From positions 3,874 through 67,873 of the forward strand of contig JALOOM010000007.1 of NCBI GenBank assembly GCA_025454395.1: a stretch of DNA of 64,000 nt, written 5' to 3'. The notes beneath the pieces were generated by a model. It had not been told where the DNA came from. It saw only the letters and a program-made list of their open reading frames with translations, and did not search any database. The position numbers and the translations under genes were made by a program. Shown here one piece after another: positions 51,654-62,290 of this stretch; the first letter of the stretch is position 1; each line of letters begins with the position of its first letter. This stretch comes from Elainella sp. Prado103 (GTDB lineage Bacteria > Cyanobacteriota > Cyanobacteriia > Elainellales > Elainellaceae).

Positions 51654-53183
51654 TTAAAGTCTACGCCACTGTCTTCCTTCTTGATTGAGCAGCAGCTCTG
51701 CTTCGATCGGTCCCCAAGTGCCTGCCTCATAAAGCGGGATAGTCTCAGGAGGAGCCGGGGCATCCCAAACCTCTAAAACGGGTGTGAGAATCCGCCAAGA
51801 AGCCTCCACTTCATCCCCGCGCGTAAATAGGGTTTGATCGCCCAACATGCAATCTACCAGAAGGCGACTGTAGGCTTCTGTATTCGGTTGACCAAAGGCG
51901 TTTTCATAGCTAAAGTCCATTTCGACCGATCGCGTCCGAAGGGAGCTACCCGGCGTTTTCACCTCCATGCGTAATGAAATCCCTTCATTGGGCTGAATTC
52001 TCAATGCCAACACATTGTTGTTCATTTGTTTAGCGGCGGACTGGAACATCAAAAAGGGTACTTCCCGGAAACGAATGGCAATTTCAGTGACTTTCTTACT
52101 CATCCGTTTGCCCGTGCGCAGATAGAAAGGCACACCCTTCCAGCGCCAGTTATCCACCATCAGCTTCAGGGCCGCATAGGTGGGAGTGGTCGATCCCGCA
52201 CTCGCGCCTTCCTCTTCGCGATAGGCAGGTACCGGCTTGCTGTTCATCCAACCGTTGGTATATTGCCCGCGTACAGCAGACAGCTCCAGCCTCTCAAGGT
52301 CATAGAGATGGGTTGCCTGCAAGACTTTCACCTTCTCGTTACGAATACTATCAGCATCCAGAGAGTTCGGAGCCTCCATTGCCGTTAAACAGAACAACTG
52401 CATCAGGTGATTTTGCACCATATCGCGCAAGGCTCCTGCTGTTTCGTAATAGCCTGCTCGTCCTTCTAGTCCCACTGTTTCGGCGACCGTAATCTGCACA
52501 TGATCGACAAATTGCCGATTCCACAGGGGTTCAAAGATAGCATTGGCAAACCGGAAGACCAACAGGTTTTGAACAGTTTCTTTGCCCAAGTAGTGATCGA
52601 TCCGGTAGATCTGCTCCTCGGCACAGGTTTGATAGACGACGCGATTCAGCATTTGGGCTGAACTCAGGTCTTTGCCAAACGGCTTTTCAATCACTAGGCG
52701 TTGCTTGCGCGGATCCTCCAACATGTTGGCCATGCCTAGCTGTTGGATCGCCTCGGCAAAAAATCGTGGGGCTACCGAGAGATAAAAGACTCGATTGCCT
52801 CGCGTGCCCCGCTGCGCATCCACTTCCCCCAGAAACGTTTTCAGACGCTGGTAGTCATCCGGTTTATCGATATCAGCGGCAAAGTAGAATAAGCCCTTGG
52901 CAAATTCATCCCAGATGGCTTCTTTGCGCAGACCGCCACCGAATTCTTCTACCCCTTCGCGCATCTGTTCTCGAAAATAGTCGTGGCTCCAATCTCGCCG
53001 GGCGACTCCCACGATCGTAATTTCCGGTGGCAGGCGGCGTTCCAGCTTCATCTGATACAGAGCAGGCACCAACTTGCGCTGGGTTAAATCACCCGATGCA
53101 CCAAAAATCACCAGAATTTGTGGTTCTGGGATCCGATCTTGCTGAAGTCCAACTCGTAACGGGTTTTCCAGTAAAGTCACCAT
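51654..53183 (-). CDS. zwf: Glucose-6-phosphate 1-dehydrogenase
   Basis: [41 protein letters not shown]. Confidence 0.98.
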   Translation of the reverse strand: MVTLLENPLRVGLQQDRIPEPQILVIFGASGDLTQRKLVPALYQMKLERRLPPEITIVGVARRDWSHDYFREQMREGVEEFGGGLRKEAIWDEFAKGLFYFAADIDKPDDYQRLKTFLGEVDAQRGTRGNRVFYLSVAPRFFAEAIQQLGMANMLEDPRKQRLVIEKPFGKDLSSAQMLNRVVYQTCAEEQIYRIDHYLGKETVQNLLVFRFANAIFEPLWNRQFVDHVQITVAETVGLEGRAGYYETAGALRDMVQNHLMQLFCLTAMEAPNSLDADSIRNEKVKVLQATHLYDLERLELSAVRGQYTNGWMNSKPVPAYREEEGASAGSTTPTYAALKLMVDNWRWKGVPFYLRTGKRMSKKVTEIAIRFREVPFLMFQSAAKQMNNNVLALRIQPNEGISLRMEVKTPGSSLRTRSVEMDFSYENAFGQPNTEAYSRLLVDCMLGDQTLFTRGDEVEASWRILTPVLEVWDAPAPPETIPLYEAGTWGPIEAELLLNQEGRQWRRL

Positions 53184-53329
53184 AGGCCAATCTCAGGGGG
53201 GTGAAGACTCAATAAGTAGGGCTAAAGGAAGCGAATCGATCTAACCAGTCACCAAACCAGTCACCAAACCAGCAATCAAGTCCAGCAATCAAGTCCAGCA
53301 ATCAAGTAGCGAAAAATCGAAACATCATG

Positions 53330-53358
53330 AAAAAGGTGGGCGACCCCAGCCGCCCATT
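53330..53358 (-). terminator. Putative intrinsic terminator or stabilising hairpin after tal
   Basis: Minus strand TGGGCG-gctggggt-CGCCCA followed by CCTTTTT, a few nt after the tal stop. Confidence 0.5.
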
Positions 53359-53367
53359 CCAGTCAGA

Positions 53368-54519
53368 CTAATGCGATGCCGCCAAGCTCAACTGATCCAC
53401 TTTGTCTTGCAAAGATTGCATCAATGACTCAAACGGCTGCACAAACTTTTCAATCCCATCGGTCAGTAATTCATCCATCACCTCAGCTAGCGAAATATTG
53501 ATATCGGCATCTCCGAGGCTGGCAATCAGATGATATGCCTCAGAAACATGGCTCTCTAGCCGATCGTCCACATTACAGTGATCGGCACAGGCCTCCACCG
53601 TATTGGGTGGCAGAGTATTCACGGTTTCTGCCCCAATCAGCTCATCGACATACATGACATCACGGTAGTCCGGATTCTTGGTGCTGGTGCTAGCCCACAG
53701 GAGCCGTTGCACTTTTGCCCCTTTTGCCGCTAGGGCTTGCCAACGATCGCTCGTCGCTATCTTTTTGTATTCCTGGTAGGCAATCTTGGCGTTAGCAATC
53801 GCAACTTTACCTTTGATTGAGAGCAATCGTTCCCGGAGGTTGGCATCATCCATCCCTATCAATTTCTGGTCGATCCGAGCATCAATATTGCTGTCAATGC
53901 GGCTGAGGAAGAAGCTGGCCACCGAGGCGATTTTGTCGATCGGTTCCCCCTGCTCCACTCGTGCTTCCAAGCCGCGCAGATAGGCATGGGCACTCCCAAG
54001 ATAGCTTTCCACGGAGAACAGCAGTGTCACATTCACATTGATCCCAGCCGCAATCACGGCTTCTACCGCCGGTAATCCCGCATCGGTGCCCGGAATCTTG
54101 ATCATGACGTTAGGGCGATCAATCTGGGTATAGTAACGCTTGGCTTCGGCAATCGTCGCTTCTGTGTCATGGGCGATCGTAGGGGGCACCTCAATACTGA
54201 CATAGCCATCCAAGCCCTGGGTTTGCTGATAAACCGGCATCAGAATATCACAAGCATTCCGAATATCTTCAAATACCAGGCTCTCGTAAATTTGCTGGAT
54301 CGAGAGATGGTCTCGAATGCCTGCTTCGATCGAGCGATCGTAGATGGCATTGCCATGGATTGCCTTTTGAAAGATGGCCGGGTTTGAGGTGATTCCAGCA
54401 ATGCCACTTTGCTCAACGAGCCGCTGCAATTCCCCCGACTGGATCAGATCGCGGGTCAGGTTATCCATCCAAATGCTCTGGCCATGCTGTTTAATTTCAA
54501 GTAGATGATTTGCTGTCAT
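53368..54519 (-). CDS. tal: Transaldolase (long type)
   Basis: GITSNPAIF, VSIEV, MIKIPGT (Schiff-base Lys), NVTLLFS, RLLWAST. Confidence 0.96.
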   Translation of the reverse strand: MTANHLLEIKQHGQSIWMDNLTRDLIQSGELQRLVEQSGIAGITSNPAIFQKAIHGNAIYDRSIEAGIRDHLSIQQIYESLVFEDIRNACDILMPVYQQTQGLDGYVSIEVPPTIAHDTEATIAEAKRYYTQIDRPNVMIKIPGTDAGLPAVEAVIAAGINVNVTLLFSVESYLGSAHAYLRGLEARVEQGEPIDKIASVASFFLSRIDSNIDARIDQKLIGMDDANLRERLLSIKGKVAIANAKIAYQEYKKIATSDRWQALAAKGAKVQRLLWASTSTKNPDYRDVMYVDELIGAETVNTLPPNTVEACADHCNVDDRLESHVSEAYHLIASLGDADINISLAEVMDELLTDGIEKFVQPFESLMQSLQDKVDQLSLAASH

Positions 54520-54610
54520 GATCGATCAACTCCTGTTTCAAAATATGTGATCTGCTGTGCTGCACAGATCTCCTGTGTTTCACCATAGATCTGGGAGAAT
54601 TTCGTCTGAA

Positions 54611-55744
54611 TCAGCCTTTGGTTGATAATATTTCGCGCTCCTGCTGCTCGCGGCTATGTTCTTGAATAAACGACTCGACTAGCGCCACATCCTCTACACT
54701 CCCGATCACCAAGGGAGTGCGAGTGTGCAACTGATCAGGCACCACATCCAAAATCCGCTGTGTTCCGGTTGAAGCAACACCGCCTGCCTGTTCCACCAAA
54801 AAGGCTAATGGAGCAGATTCATACAATAGCCTGAGCTTACCTTCAGGCTTCTTCACCGTACCGGGATAGAGGAAGACTCCACCTTGAAACAAAATGCGGT
54901 GAATATCGCCTACCAAGGCACCACTGTAGCGAGCGGTGTAACCTTCATGGCGATGGACGTAGCGAATGTAGTTGCGGATCGGCTCTTCCCATTGCCAAAA
55001 ATTGCCCTCATTGACGCTGTAGATGGATCCATGCGTCGGAATCTTAATATTTTCGCTAGAGAGAATAAACTCCCCTAAGCTTGGATCAAGGGTGAAGGCA
55101 TGCACACCCGATCCAACGGAATAGACCAGCATCGTACTGGGGCCATACAGGACATAGCCTGCGGCAATCTGTTGATGTCCGTCCCGCAGCAGATCGCGGG
55201 CTTGCCCATCTAAATCGTTGCCTTCTTGCTGCCGAATCGCAAAAATTGCCCCTACATTCAAGTTGATATCGACATTTGAGGAGCCATCGATCGGGTCATA
55301 AAGTAAGGTATAGCGTCCCAACGGACAGTTCTCTGGAATATAGTAAGGCTGATCCATCTCTTCAGAAGCCAGACGGCAAACCAGTCCACTCTGCTCAAAG
55401 GCAGAAATGAAGACCTGATTGGCAAATTCGTCCATTTTCTTGACCGATTCGCCCTGAACATTGGTGCGGCCGGTAAATCCTAAGGCATCTTCCACCAGTC
55501 CAGCTCGGGTGAGGCGACGGGCAATCAGCTTTGCCGCTAGCCCAATCCGGTTCATCAAAGCGCTGAGGTCTTGGGCATCGGAGGAAAAGCTTTGCAACTG
55601 TTGCAAAACATGACGAGAGAGCGTAGTACAGTCTCGATCGAGGGCATATTTGTGATTAAGACTGAGGGCTGGATTGGCATCTGATAAATTGGCATCTGAT
55701 AAATTGGCATCTGATAGATTGCCATTGGCTTGATGATCAGCCAT
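54611..55744 (-). CDS. fbp: Fructose-1,6-bisphosphatase class 1
   Basis: [32 protein letters not shown]. Confidence 0.96.
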   Translation of the reverse strand: MADHQANGNLSDANLSDANLSDANPALSLNHKYALDRDCTTLSRHVLQQLQSFSSDAQDLSALMNRIGLAAKLIARRLTRAGLVEDALGFTGRTNVQGESVKKMDEFANQVFISAFEQSGLVCRLASEEMDQPYYIPENCPLGRYTLLYDPIDGSSNVDINLNVGAIFAIRQQEGNDLDGQARDLLRDGHQQIAAGYVLYGPSTMLVYSVGSGVHAFTLDPSLGEFILSSENIKIPTHGSIYSVNEGNFWQWEEPIRNYIRYVHRHEGYTARYSGALVGDIHRILFQGGVFLYPGTVKKPEGKLRLLYESAPLAFLVEQAGGVASTGTQRILDVVPDQLHTRTPLVIGSVEDVALVESFIQEHSREQQEREILSTKG

Positions 55745-56055
55745 ATATTCTTCCTTCCATGCGGGATGTGTAAGCCTGAAGAGTCAATTTGGATCGCAGG
55801 CTATTTAGCAATCTGGGCTGCCCTGCCCTTTCTATCTTAGAAAGGCATTTTCAGAACCGGGCTGAACTTTAGATCAACTATAGAAATGCTGGCAGGATCG
55901 CCATCGGACTGATCTATTCCCCCAGGAAGATTTCGATTTGATCGGAGCTGATTTTCTCCTGACCCAATCGATCGCCCCGATGCCAACCTGATGCCAAATT
56001 GGCCAACCTGGTGCCAACTTGATCAGCCTGGAGCGATCGAGTCACGAAGGGAGGG

Positions 56056-56577
56056 TTATGGAGCCACTCGACAATGCCGATCGGTGGCCTTGCGCATCGC
56101 TCCTAAAACGGTGGAAACGAAAACGCAACTGCGACGACGATCGCCGAGATGGGTGGCCAGGCTGAGGCGACCTAGCGGCGGCATCACATTTCCTCGATCG
56201 GTGAACTCGATAAAAAATCCTTGTCTGTTCTGCGATAGGGTAGTGTCCGCTGGGGCAAGTTGTATCCCCGCAGGCAAAGTTTCCCAGTGAGACGGTGCAC
56301 CATGACTGGGATAGATTGCCCATTCGATGTGATTGTTCACCGTGCGGAAGCCAATTTGCCAATTCTGGCGGGTTTGGATCGCTCGCAGTTGCGTTTGTCG
56401 AATGGCTTGAAAAGCTTTATCCTGAGCGGCTTTCAATAGATTTCTCTGATGCCAACCTAGCCAATTCGGAGCCGCAATGCCGATCAGAATAGACACAATC
56501 GTTAGCGCAACGAGCAGTTCTGGTAAGCTCATCCCGGCAGTCTGGGTGGCATTTCGTTGTCCATGTATCGATCTCAT
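56056..56577 (-). CDS. Type IV pilin-like protein (FimT/GspH-like minor pilin)
   Basis: Class III signal peptide G|MSLPE with Glu at +5, then a hydrophobic helix. Confidence 0.85.
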   Translation of the reverse strand: MRSIHGQRNATQTAGMSLPELLVALTIVSILIGIAAPNWLGWHQRNLLKAAQDKAFQAIRQTQLRAIQTRQNWQIGFRTVNNHIEWAIYPSHGAPSHWETLPAGIQLAPADTTLSQNRQGFFIEFTDRGNVMPPLGRLSLATHLGDRRRSCVFVSTVLGAMRKATDRHCRVAP

Positions 56578-56779
56578 AAAGACACCCTATTTTTTGTAAA
56601 GTTTGTCAATGAATGTGAACCATCATGCCCGTTACGGCAGCGTTCACTCCGGCTAGCGATCGAAATTTACGAACTATTGTTTTAGTCGAGCTGGGCTGAG
56701 GATTTTCACTGAAACCCATCCCCACAATCGACACCAAATGGACTGTCTATGGGGTAGCAGTGAATTCTTGAGCCCAGGG

Positions 56780-56809
56780 TTGTCAGATCTCTTCAAGAAG
56801 GAGTATGCT
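56780..56809 (+). promoter_or_regulatory. Sigma70-type promoter of tRNA-Leu
   Basis: TTGTCA (56780-85), 18-bp spacer, TATGCT (56804-09), about 48 bp upstream of the tRNA. Confidence 0.5.
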
Positions 56810-56856
56810 TAATTACTGGAGTAATGCTCTCAGGAGTTTGCTCTGAGGTTAAACCT

Positions 56857-56937
56857 GCGGATGTGGCGGAATTGGTATACGCGCACGTTTGAGGGGCGTG
56901 TGGCTTTGCCTTGCGAGTTCGAGTCTCGCCATCCGCA
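56857..56937 (+). tRNA. trnL: tRNA-Leu(GAG)
   Basis: GCGGATG/CATCCGC acceptor stem, discriminator A, anticodon arm CACGT-TTGAGGG-GCGTG, T arm GCGAGTTCGAGTCTCGC. Confidence 0.97.
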
Positions 56938-57000
56938 TTTTTCATGGCTTCCAGAGTCCTGTTAACATAGATAGCAGAAGTTTAATTTTTGTAACTAATT

Positions 57001-57624
57001 TTGACTCCTGCATTCAAACCATCGACAGGACTAACTTTGCCAGCCACCTGGTATGCCCTCGATCCAATTTGGGAGGGCGATGAAACGGTCGTGCAGCAGG
57101 GACTGCCCCACACCCAACTTGCGCCTGCCTGGCAGTTGTTGATGTTGGGAGATGGCTCACCCACTCGTCATTTACAACTTCTCACCGGCGAGCCGACGGA
57201 AGTCGATGTGATCGACATGTCTCCGATCGGGGAAGATGCCCAGGGGGCCCCAGCTCGGATTCAAATGGTGCCCAGTCCCTGGATTCGCCGCCAAGTTTGG
57301 TTACGTACTGCCTCTGGTCAGCGATTAGCCTATGCGACTTCATGGTGGGAAGCCAGCCATGTAGATGAATATTTGCAAAATCGATCGTTACCCATTTGGG
57401 CCAGCTTAGCCCGATTGCGTACGGAACTCTACCGCGATGTGCAAGGCATTCACTACGGTCACTCAGCACCTCTAGAACTCGCCTTCGGACAGCGTGGCCC
57501 ATTCTGGGGGCGGCACTACCTGTTCTGGCACCATGGTCGCCCCCTGACGCTAATTTATGAAGTGTTTTCGCCCTACTTGACGAAATATCTCGGTTCAACT
57601 GAGCTAGATCTGAGCAAGAGATAA
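57001..57624 (+). CDS. ubiC: Chorismate pyruvate-lyase (DUF98/UbiC type; 4-hydroxybenzoate for plastoquinone)
   Basis: LMLGDGSPTRHL, RRQVWLRT, LAYATSW, PFWGRHYLF, LTLIYEVFSP. Confidence 0.85.
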   Translation: MTPAFKPSTGLTLPATWYALDPIWEGDETVVQQGLPHTQLAPAWQLLMLGDGSPTRHLQLLTGEPTEVDVIDMSPIGEDAQGAPARIQMVPSPWIRRQVWLRTASGQRLAYATSWWEASHVDEYLQNRSLPIWASLARLRTELYRDVQGIHYGHSAPLELAFGQRGPFWGRHYLFWHHGRPLTLIYEVFSPYLTKYLGSTELDLSKR

Positions 57625-57725
57625 ACGGCGGAACAGGGCGCGATGAAGGATTAATAACGATGAAGGGTGGACTTAACCACCCCACTTATCGTTACTCTCC
57701 ACTTTGGTTTCCCCTGGTTACCTGC

Positions 57726-58715
57726 TTAAAATTGCCGCAGGAACCGCAAATCGCTGGTATAGAGACGACGAATATCATCGATCTGGTGCAACACCATGGC
57801 AATACGTTCCACCCCTAACCCAGCCGCAAAGCCTGTATAAACTTCTGGATCATACCCGACGGCTTTGAGGACATTGGGATCGACCATGCCACAGCCCATC
57901 ACTTCTAACCAACGCCCACGCCATTGCACATCGACTTCGGCTGAGGGTTCCGTGAAGGGGAAAAAGCTGGGGCGAAACCGAATCGGCAGCTCACCAAACA
58001 TGGTTTCCAAGAAAACCTTGATCGTCCCCCGTAGATCGGTGAAGGTGAGCCCTTCATCAACCGCCAAAATTTCGAGTTGATGGAAGACAGCGGAGTGGGT
58101 GGCATCGACTGTGTCGCGCCGGTAGCAACGGCCTGGCATCACAATCCGCACGGGAGGATCGTTGGTTTCCATGTAACGGATTTGCACCGAGGAAGTGTGG
58201 GTGCGCAGGATGTTGCCATCGGGCAGGTAGAGGGTATCCTGCATATCCCTGGCTGGGTGATCGGGCAGGAAGTTGAGGGCTTCGAAGTTGTAGTAATCTG
58301 TCTCCATTTCCGGGCCGGTGGCAACGGTATAGCCCAACCCAACGAAAATATCGATCATTCGATCGATCGTGCTGGTGAGCGGATGGGAACGACCTTGGGA
58401 TCGGTAGACCCCTGGCATCGTCACATCAAGGGCTTCTGCGGCAAGCTGGGCTTCAATCTGAGCTGCTTGCAGCAGATCGCGCCTGTGATCCAGATCTGCC
58501 TGAAGACTATCTTTTACCTCATTCGCCAGTGCTCCAATGCGAGGACGTTCACTGGCATCAAGTTTGCCCATGCCGCCGAGCACCTGGGAGAGGCTACCTT
58601 TCTTACCCAGATACTTGATGCGGAGTTGTTCTAAATCTTCAAGAGTGGCAACAGTGGCGATCTCTTGCTGGGCGGATTGGCGAAGGTCTGCCAACTGGGT
58701 TTCCAAATTGCTCAT
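57726..58715 (-). CDS. pheS: Phenylalanine--tRNA ligase alpha subunit
   Basis: [39 protein letters not shown]. Confidence 0.98.
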   Translation of the reverse strand: MSNLETQLADLRQSAQQEIATVATLEDLEQLRIKYLGKKGSLSQVLGGMGKLDASERPRIGALANEVKDSLQADLDHRRDLLQAAQIEAQLAAEALDVTMPGVYRSQGRSHPLTSTIDRMIDIFVGLGYTVATGPEMETDYYNFEALNFLPDHPARDMQDTLYLPDGNILRTHTSSVQIRYMETNDPPVRIVMPGRCYRRDTVDATHSAVFHQLEILAVDEGLTFTDLRGTIKVFLETMFGELPIRFRPSFFPFTEPSAEVDVQWRGRWLEVMGCGMVDPNVLKAVGYDPEVYTGFAAGLGVERIAMVLHQIDDIRRLYTSDLRFLRQF

Positions 58716-58892
58716 GCCTGAACGTCTGCGGGAAAAATGAAGGGATAGGTTTGACCGTAATTCAGTCTACCTCTACTCTAACCCGATCCTCTACTACAAC
58801 TCGATCGGTTGAAAAACCGCAGGCTGGGATGCAGTGCTTCTACACTGGATCTGGGTTATTTAGATTCCCAGCAATTGACGAGGCGCAATGGT

Positions 58893-59744
58893 ATGAGGCT
58901 GCTCATTAGTAACGATGATGGAATTTTCGCGCTCGGTATTCGAACTCTGGCAAATACGCTGGTGGCGGCTGGGCATGAGGTAACGGTAGTTTGTCCCGAT
59001 CGCGAGCGATCCGCCACAGGGCATGGCTTAACCCTCCATAAGCCAATCCGAGCAGAACAAGTAGAATCCGTCTTTCATGCCGATATTCAGGCTTGGGCTT
59101 GTTCAGGCACCCCTTCAGACTGTGTGAAGCTGGCATTAGGGGCACTCCTCACCCATCCACCCGATATGGTGCTTTCAGGCATTAACCATGGATCGAATCT
59201 AGGCACCGATGTGCTTTACTCCGGCACCGTTTCAGCCGCAATGGAAGGGGTGATTGAAGGGATCCCAAGCGTGGCATTCAGTCTCACGAGCTTTGCGAGT
59301 CAAGACTTTCAACCGGCTGCCCAGTTTGCCCAAGCCCTGCTGGAACAATTGGCAGCCCAACCCTTACCTGCCGGAAGTTTACTGAATGTGAATGTGCCCG
59401 CTATTCCCGAAGCCGAAATTGCCGGGGTCGTCATTACACGCCAAGGGGTGCGGCGCTATTTCGATCAGTTTGAAAAGCGGATTGATCCGCGAGGAAAGAC
59501 TTACTATTGGCTAGCCGGAGAGGTGTTAGAGGAAATTCCACAGCCAGAACTAGCCTCACTGGAAGCGTTTCGGCTCAAAACGCAAGAGTTAGATTGGGAC
59601 TGGTTTCGACAAATGCCGACCGATGTACAAGCGATCCGGCAAAATTACATCACGATTACGCCGCTTCAGTACAATCTAACCTGCGCGAGTAGTATGGCTC
59701 ACTTGCACCAACGCCAGCTTTATCATCGCCCGACCCAATCTTGA
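58893..59744 (+). CDS. surE: 5'/3'-nucleotidase SurE
   Basis: [34 protein letters not shown]; start at ATG 58893. Confidence 0.96.
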   Translation: MRLLISNDDGIFALGIRTLANTLVAAGHEVTVVCPDRERSATGHGLTLHKPIRAEQVESVFHADIQAWACSGTPSDCVKLALGALLTHPPDMVLSGINHGSNLGTDVLYSGTVSAAMEGVIEGIPSVAFSLTSFASQDFQPAAQFAQALLEQLAAQPLPAGSLLNVNVPAIPEAEIAGVVITRQGVRRYFDQFEKRIDPRGKTYYWLAGEVLEEIPQPELASLEAFRLKTQELDWDWFRQMPTDVQAIRQNYITITPLQYNLTCASSMAHLHQRQLYHRPTQS

Positions 59745-60304
59745 TCGCCAGATTAAACCAATAAGCTTATATATTATGAGTAGAGTTCTTGTCGTCCTAG
59801 CTTGATTGGCTTGAGAGTTGGACTATCCTCCCATCTGCGCTTCAGGATCAAATCGACCTGAATTTCGGACTACAGCTCTCACCTGAGATCACACCTGAAA
59901 TGATGGCTGTGAAGCAGGATTAAATAGGGGTTGCGATCGAGGCAATGCATAACGCGAAGAACGGTTCAGTTGGAGAGGTCGGATGCCACAGCGCAAGCTA
60001 ACCATAGATTGGCAGTGAAAAGGCTAGCAGTCAGTGCATGACAGCAGGGTGAGCTGATTTCAATGGTTGAGCAATAACCAGCCGTTTGTGGTGATGGAAT
60101 GGGTGCTGAGCTGCCATGGGTGACTGAAGGGATCTGTCGTCTGTTTGATTAAACGGGTTTTCCGGACACTCTGGTCAAAATCCCGAAATAACTGTGAAAT
60201 AGAGAACATCAAACCGTTCAAATCATCCAACTCAACCGTTCAAATCATTCATCGAATCGTTTAAAGACCCACTTCGCTCTGGTGAAATTTGGCGAGAAGC
60301 GCTC

Positions 60305-61198
60305 ATGTCGAATACGCAAGACCAATTCGCAGTTTGTTTCTGGGGAGTGAGAGGCAGCATTGCTTGTCCAGGCAAAAGTACAGTGCGGTATGGGGGAAAT
60401 ACATCCTGCATCGAAATGCGGGTAGGCGGACAGCATTTAATTTTTGACGGAGGCACAGGACTGCGGGTGCTGGGAGATTCTCTCCTGTCTCAGATGCCGG
60501 TAGAAGCCCATCTATTTTTTACTCATTCCCACTGGGATCACATTCAAGGGTTCCCATTTTTTGTCCCTGCCTTTGTACAAGGCAATCGATTCCATATTTA
60601 CGGCACTGTTGCACCCAACGGCTCCACGATCGAACAACGCTTAAACGATCAGATGCTGCATCCTAACTTTCCGGTGCCGCTACAAATTATGGGAGCCGAT
60701 CTGCAATTTTATAATTTGAGGGTGCGCGAGTCCGTCCAGATGGGTGAGGTGCTCGTCGAAAATGCACCGCTCAATCATCCGGGGGAAGCGGTTGGCTACC
60801 GAGTCAACTGGCGTGGCTATTCGGTGGCCTACATCACCGACACGGAACATTTTCCCGATCGCCTAGATGAGAATGTGCTAGCACTGGCTCACAATGCCAA
60901 TGTGATGATTTACGACTCGACCTATACGGATGAAGAATATTACGCTGAGTCATCCAGCAAAATTGGCTGGGGCCATTCGACTTGGCAGGAAGCCGTCAAA
61001 ATCGCCAAAGCCGCCAATGTGGAGAAGCTAGTGATTTTTCACCATGATCCACTCCACGATGACAATTTTATGGATCGGGTCAAAGCCGATGCGGCCCGAC
61101 AGTTTCCCAACAGTGTGGTGGCCTGGGAAGGGTTAGAAATCGATGTGCAGTCTACGCGAGGGATCAGCACCCGTGAAATTCAGGTACAGCCTGCCTGA
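60305..61198 (+). CDS. MBL-fold metallo-hydrolase (RNase Z/PhnP-like clade)
   Basis: WGVRGS, YGGNTSC, THSHWDH (HxHxDH), NHPG, TDTEH, GWGHS, FHHDP. Confidence 0.9.
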   Translation: MSNTQDQFAVCFWGVRGSIACPGKSTVRYGGNTSCIEMRVGGQHLIFDGGTGLRVLGDSLLSQMPVEAHLFFTHSHWDHIQGFPFFVPAFVQGNRFHIYGTVAPNGSTIEQRLNDQMLHPNFPVPLQIMGADLQFYNLRVRESVQMGEVLVENAPLNHPGEAVGYRVNWRGYSVAYITDTEHFPDRLDENVLALAHNANVMIYDSTYTDEEYYAESSSKIGWGHSTWQEAVKIAKAANVEKLVIFHHDPLHDDNFMDRVKADAARQFPNSVVAWEGLEIDVQSTRGISTREIQVQPA

Positions 61199-61258
61199 TC
61201 TGGATCGGGTTTGCAAGTGGATCCGTGCGATCGATGGTTTTGTGTCAAAATGTAAAGC

Positions 61259-62287
61259 GTGTGGATAGCTTCTTCTCTTTCAACCGTTAAAACTCCAACA
61301 GTTATTGCCCTGGGAAACTTTGATGGCGTACACCGGGGGCATCAAAGCGTCATTGGGACGATATTGGCGAACACCAATGGGCGGTGGCGATCGGATCAGG
61401 ACTGCGTGAAATCGTCAAGCTGGGTGACCGCTCCAAGGGTGATCTCTCCAAGGATAGACTTTCAAAGTCAGCCGTTGGTTACAGTGGTGAGTTTTTCGCC
61501 CCACCCGCAAGAATTTTTTACAGGGCAGCGGCGCTTACTGTTAACCCCGCTGGCGGAGAAAGCAAAATATTTGCAGGCGATCGGAGTAGAGCAAATCGTG
61601 TTGTTGCCGTTCAATGCGGAGTTGGCTGCTTTAACACCGCCTGATTTTGTGGAGCAGATTTTGGTACGAGGATTGCAAGCACAACGTATTAGCGTCGGGA
61701 AAGATTTTCGGTTTGGACAAGGGCGATCGGGCACCATTACCGATTTACAACAACTGGCGGCTCCCTATGGCATCACAGTTGAAGTAGCTCCCCTCTATCT
61801 CGATCATGACGGCCGGATCAGCAGTTCCCGCATTCGGGAGGCTTTGCGCCAGGGTGATATTGCCCAGGCCAACCAGCTTTTGGGTCGTCCCTATCAGTTA
61901 GTAGGCGAAGTGGTGACTGGACGGCAGTTAGGTCGAACGATCGGGTTTCCCACTGCCAATTTAAAGCTGCCGGAAGACAAATTTTTACCTTGCTGCGGCG
62001 TGTATAGTGTTTGGGTTAGCGCTGCTGAGGAGCAAAATCATCCTGGCGTGATGAACATTGGCTATCGTCCGACCGTGGAGGGGCAACAATTGACGGTCGA
62101 AATTCACCTTTTCGATTGGTCAGGTGATTTATATGGGCACACTCTAACCGTCAGCTTGGTGCATTTTTTGCGTCCAGAACAGAAGTTCCCTAGCTTAGAG
62201 GCACTGAAGGCGCAGATTCAGCAAGACTGCGACCAGGCTCGGCGGGGCCTGAATCCCTCCTGCGAAATTATTGGCCCAACCCCTTAA
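61259..62287 (+). CDS. ribF: Bifunctional riboflavin kinase/FAD synthetase
   Basis: GNFDGVHRGHQ, ISSSRIR, GRTIGFPTAN, EIHLFD, LRPEQKF. Confidence 0.96.
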   Translation: MWIASSLSTVKTPTVIALGNFDGVHRGHQSVIGTILANTNGRWRSDQDCVKSSSWVTAPRVISPRIDFQSQPLVTVVSFSPHPQEFFTGQRRLLLTPLAEKAKYLQAIGVEQIVLLPFNAELAALTPPDFVEQILVRGLQAQRISVGKDFRFGQGRSGTITDLQQLAAPYGITVEVAPLYLDHDGRISSSRIREALRQGDIAQANQLLGRPYQLVGEVVTGRQLGRTIGFPTANLKLPEDKFLPCCGVYSVWVSAAEEQNHPGVMNIGYRPTVEGQQLTVEIHLFDWSGDLYGHTLTVSLVHFLRPEQKFPSLEALKAQIQQDCDQARRGLNPSCEIIGPTP

Positions 62288-62290
62288 CCC

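Noticed and set aside
56889-57164. Short ORFs over tRNA-Leu and ubiC
   Set aside because: They overlap a clear tRNA and a well-supported CDS.
57665-57682. Hairpin GGGTGG-ACTTAA-CCACCC between the convergent ubiC and pheS genes
   Set aside because: No convincing U tract on either strand, so it is not called a terminator.
59883-59895. CTGAGATCACACC, resembling the TPP riboswitch core
   Set aside because: The flanking P2/P3 and CCTGA..GCG..AGGGA elements are absent, the motif is part of a local CACCTGA(G/A)AT doublet, and no thiamine gene follows.
59745-60304. 560-bp intergenic region as an ncRNA or small-ORF locus
   Set aside because: Only very short ORFs and a local doublet (AACCGTTCAAATCAT). 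I found no structure I can support.
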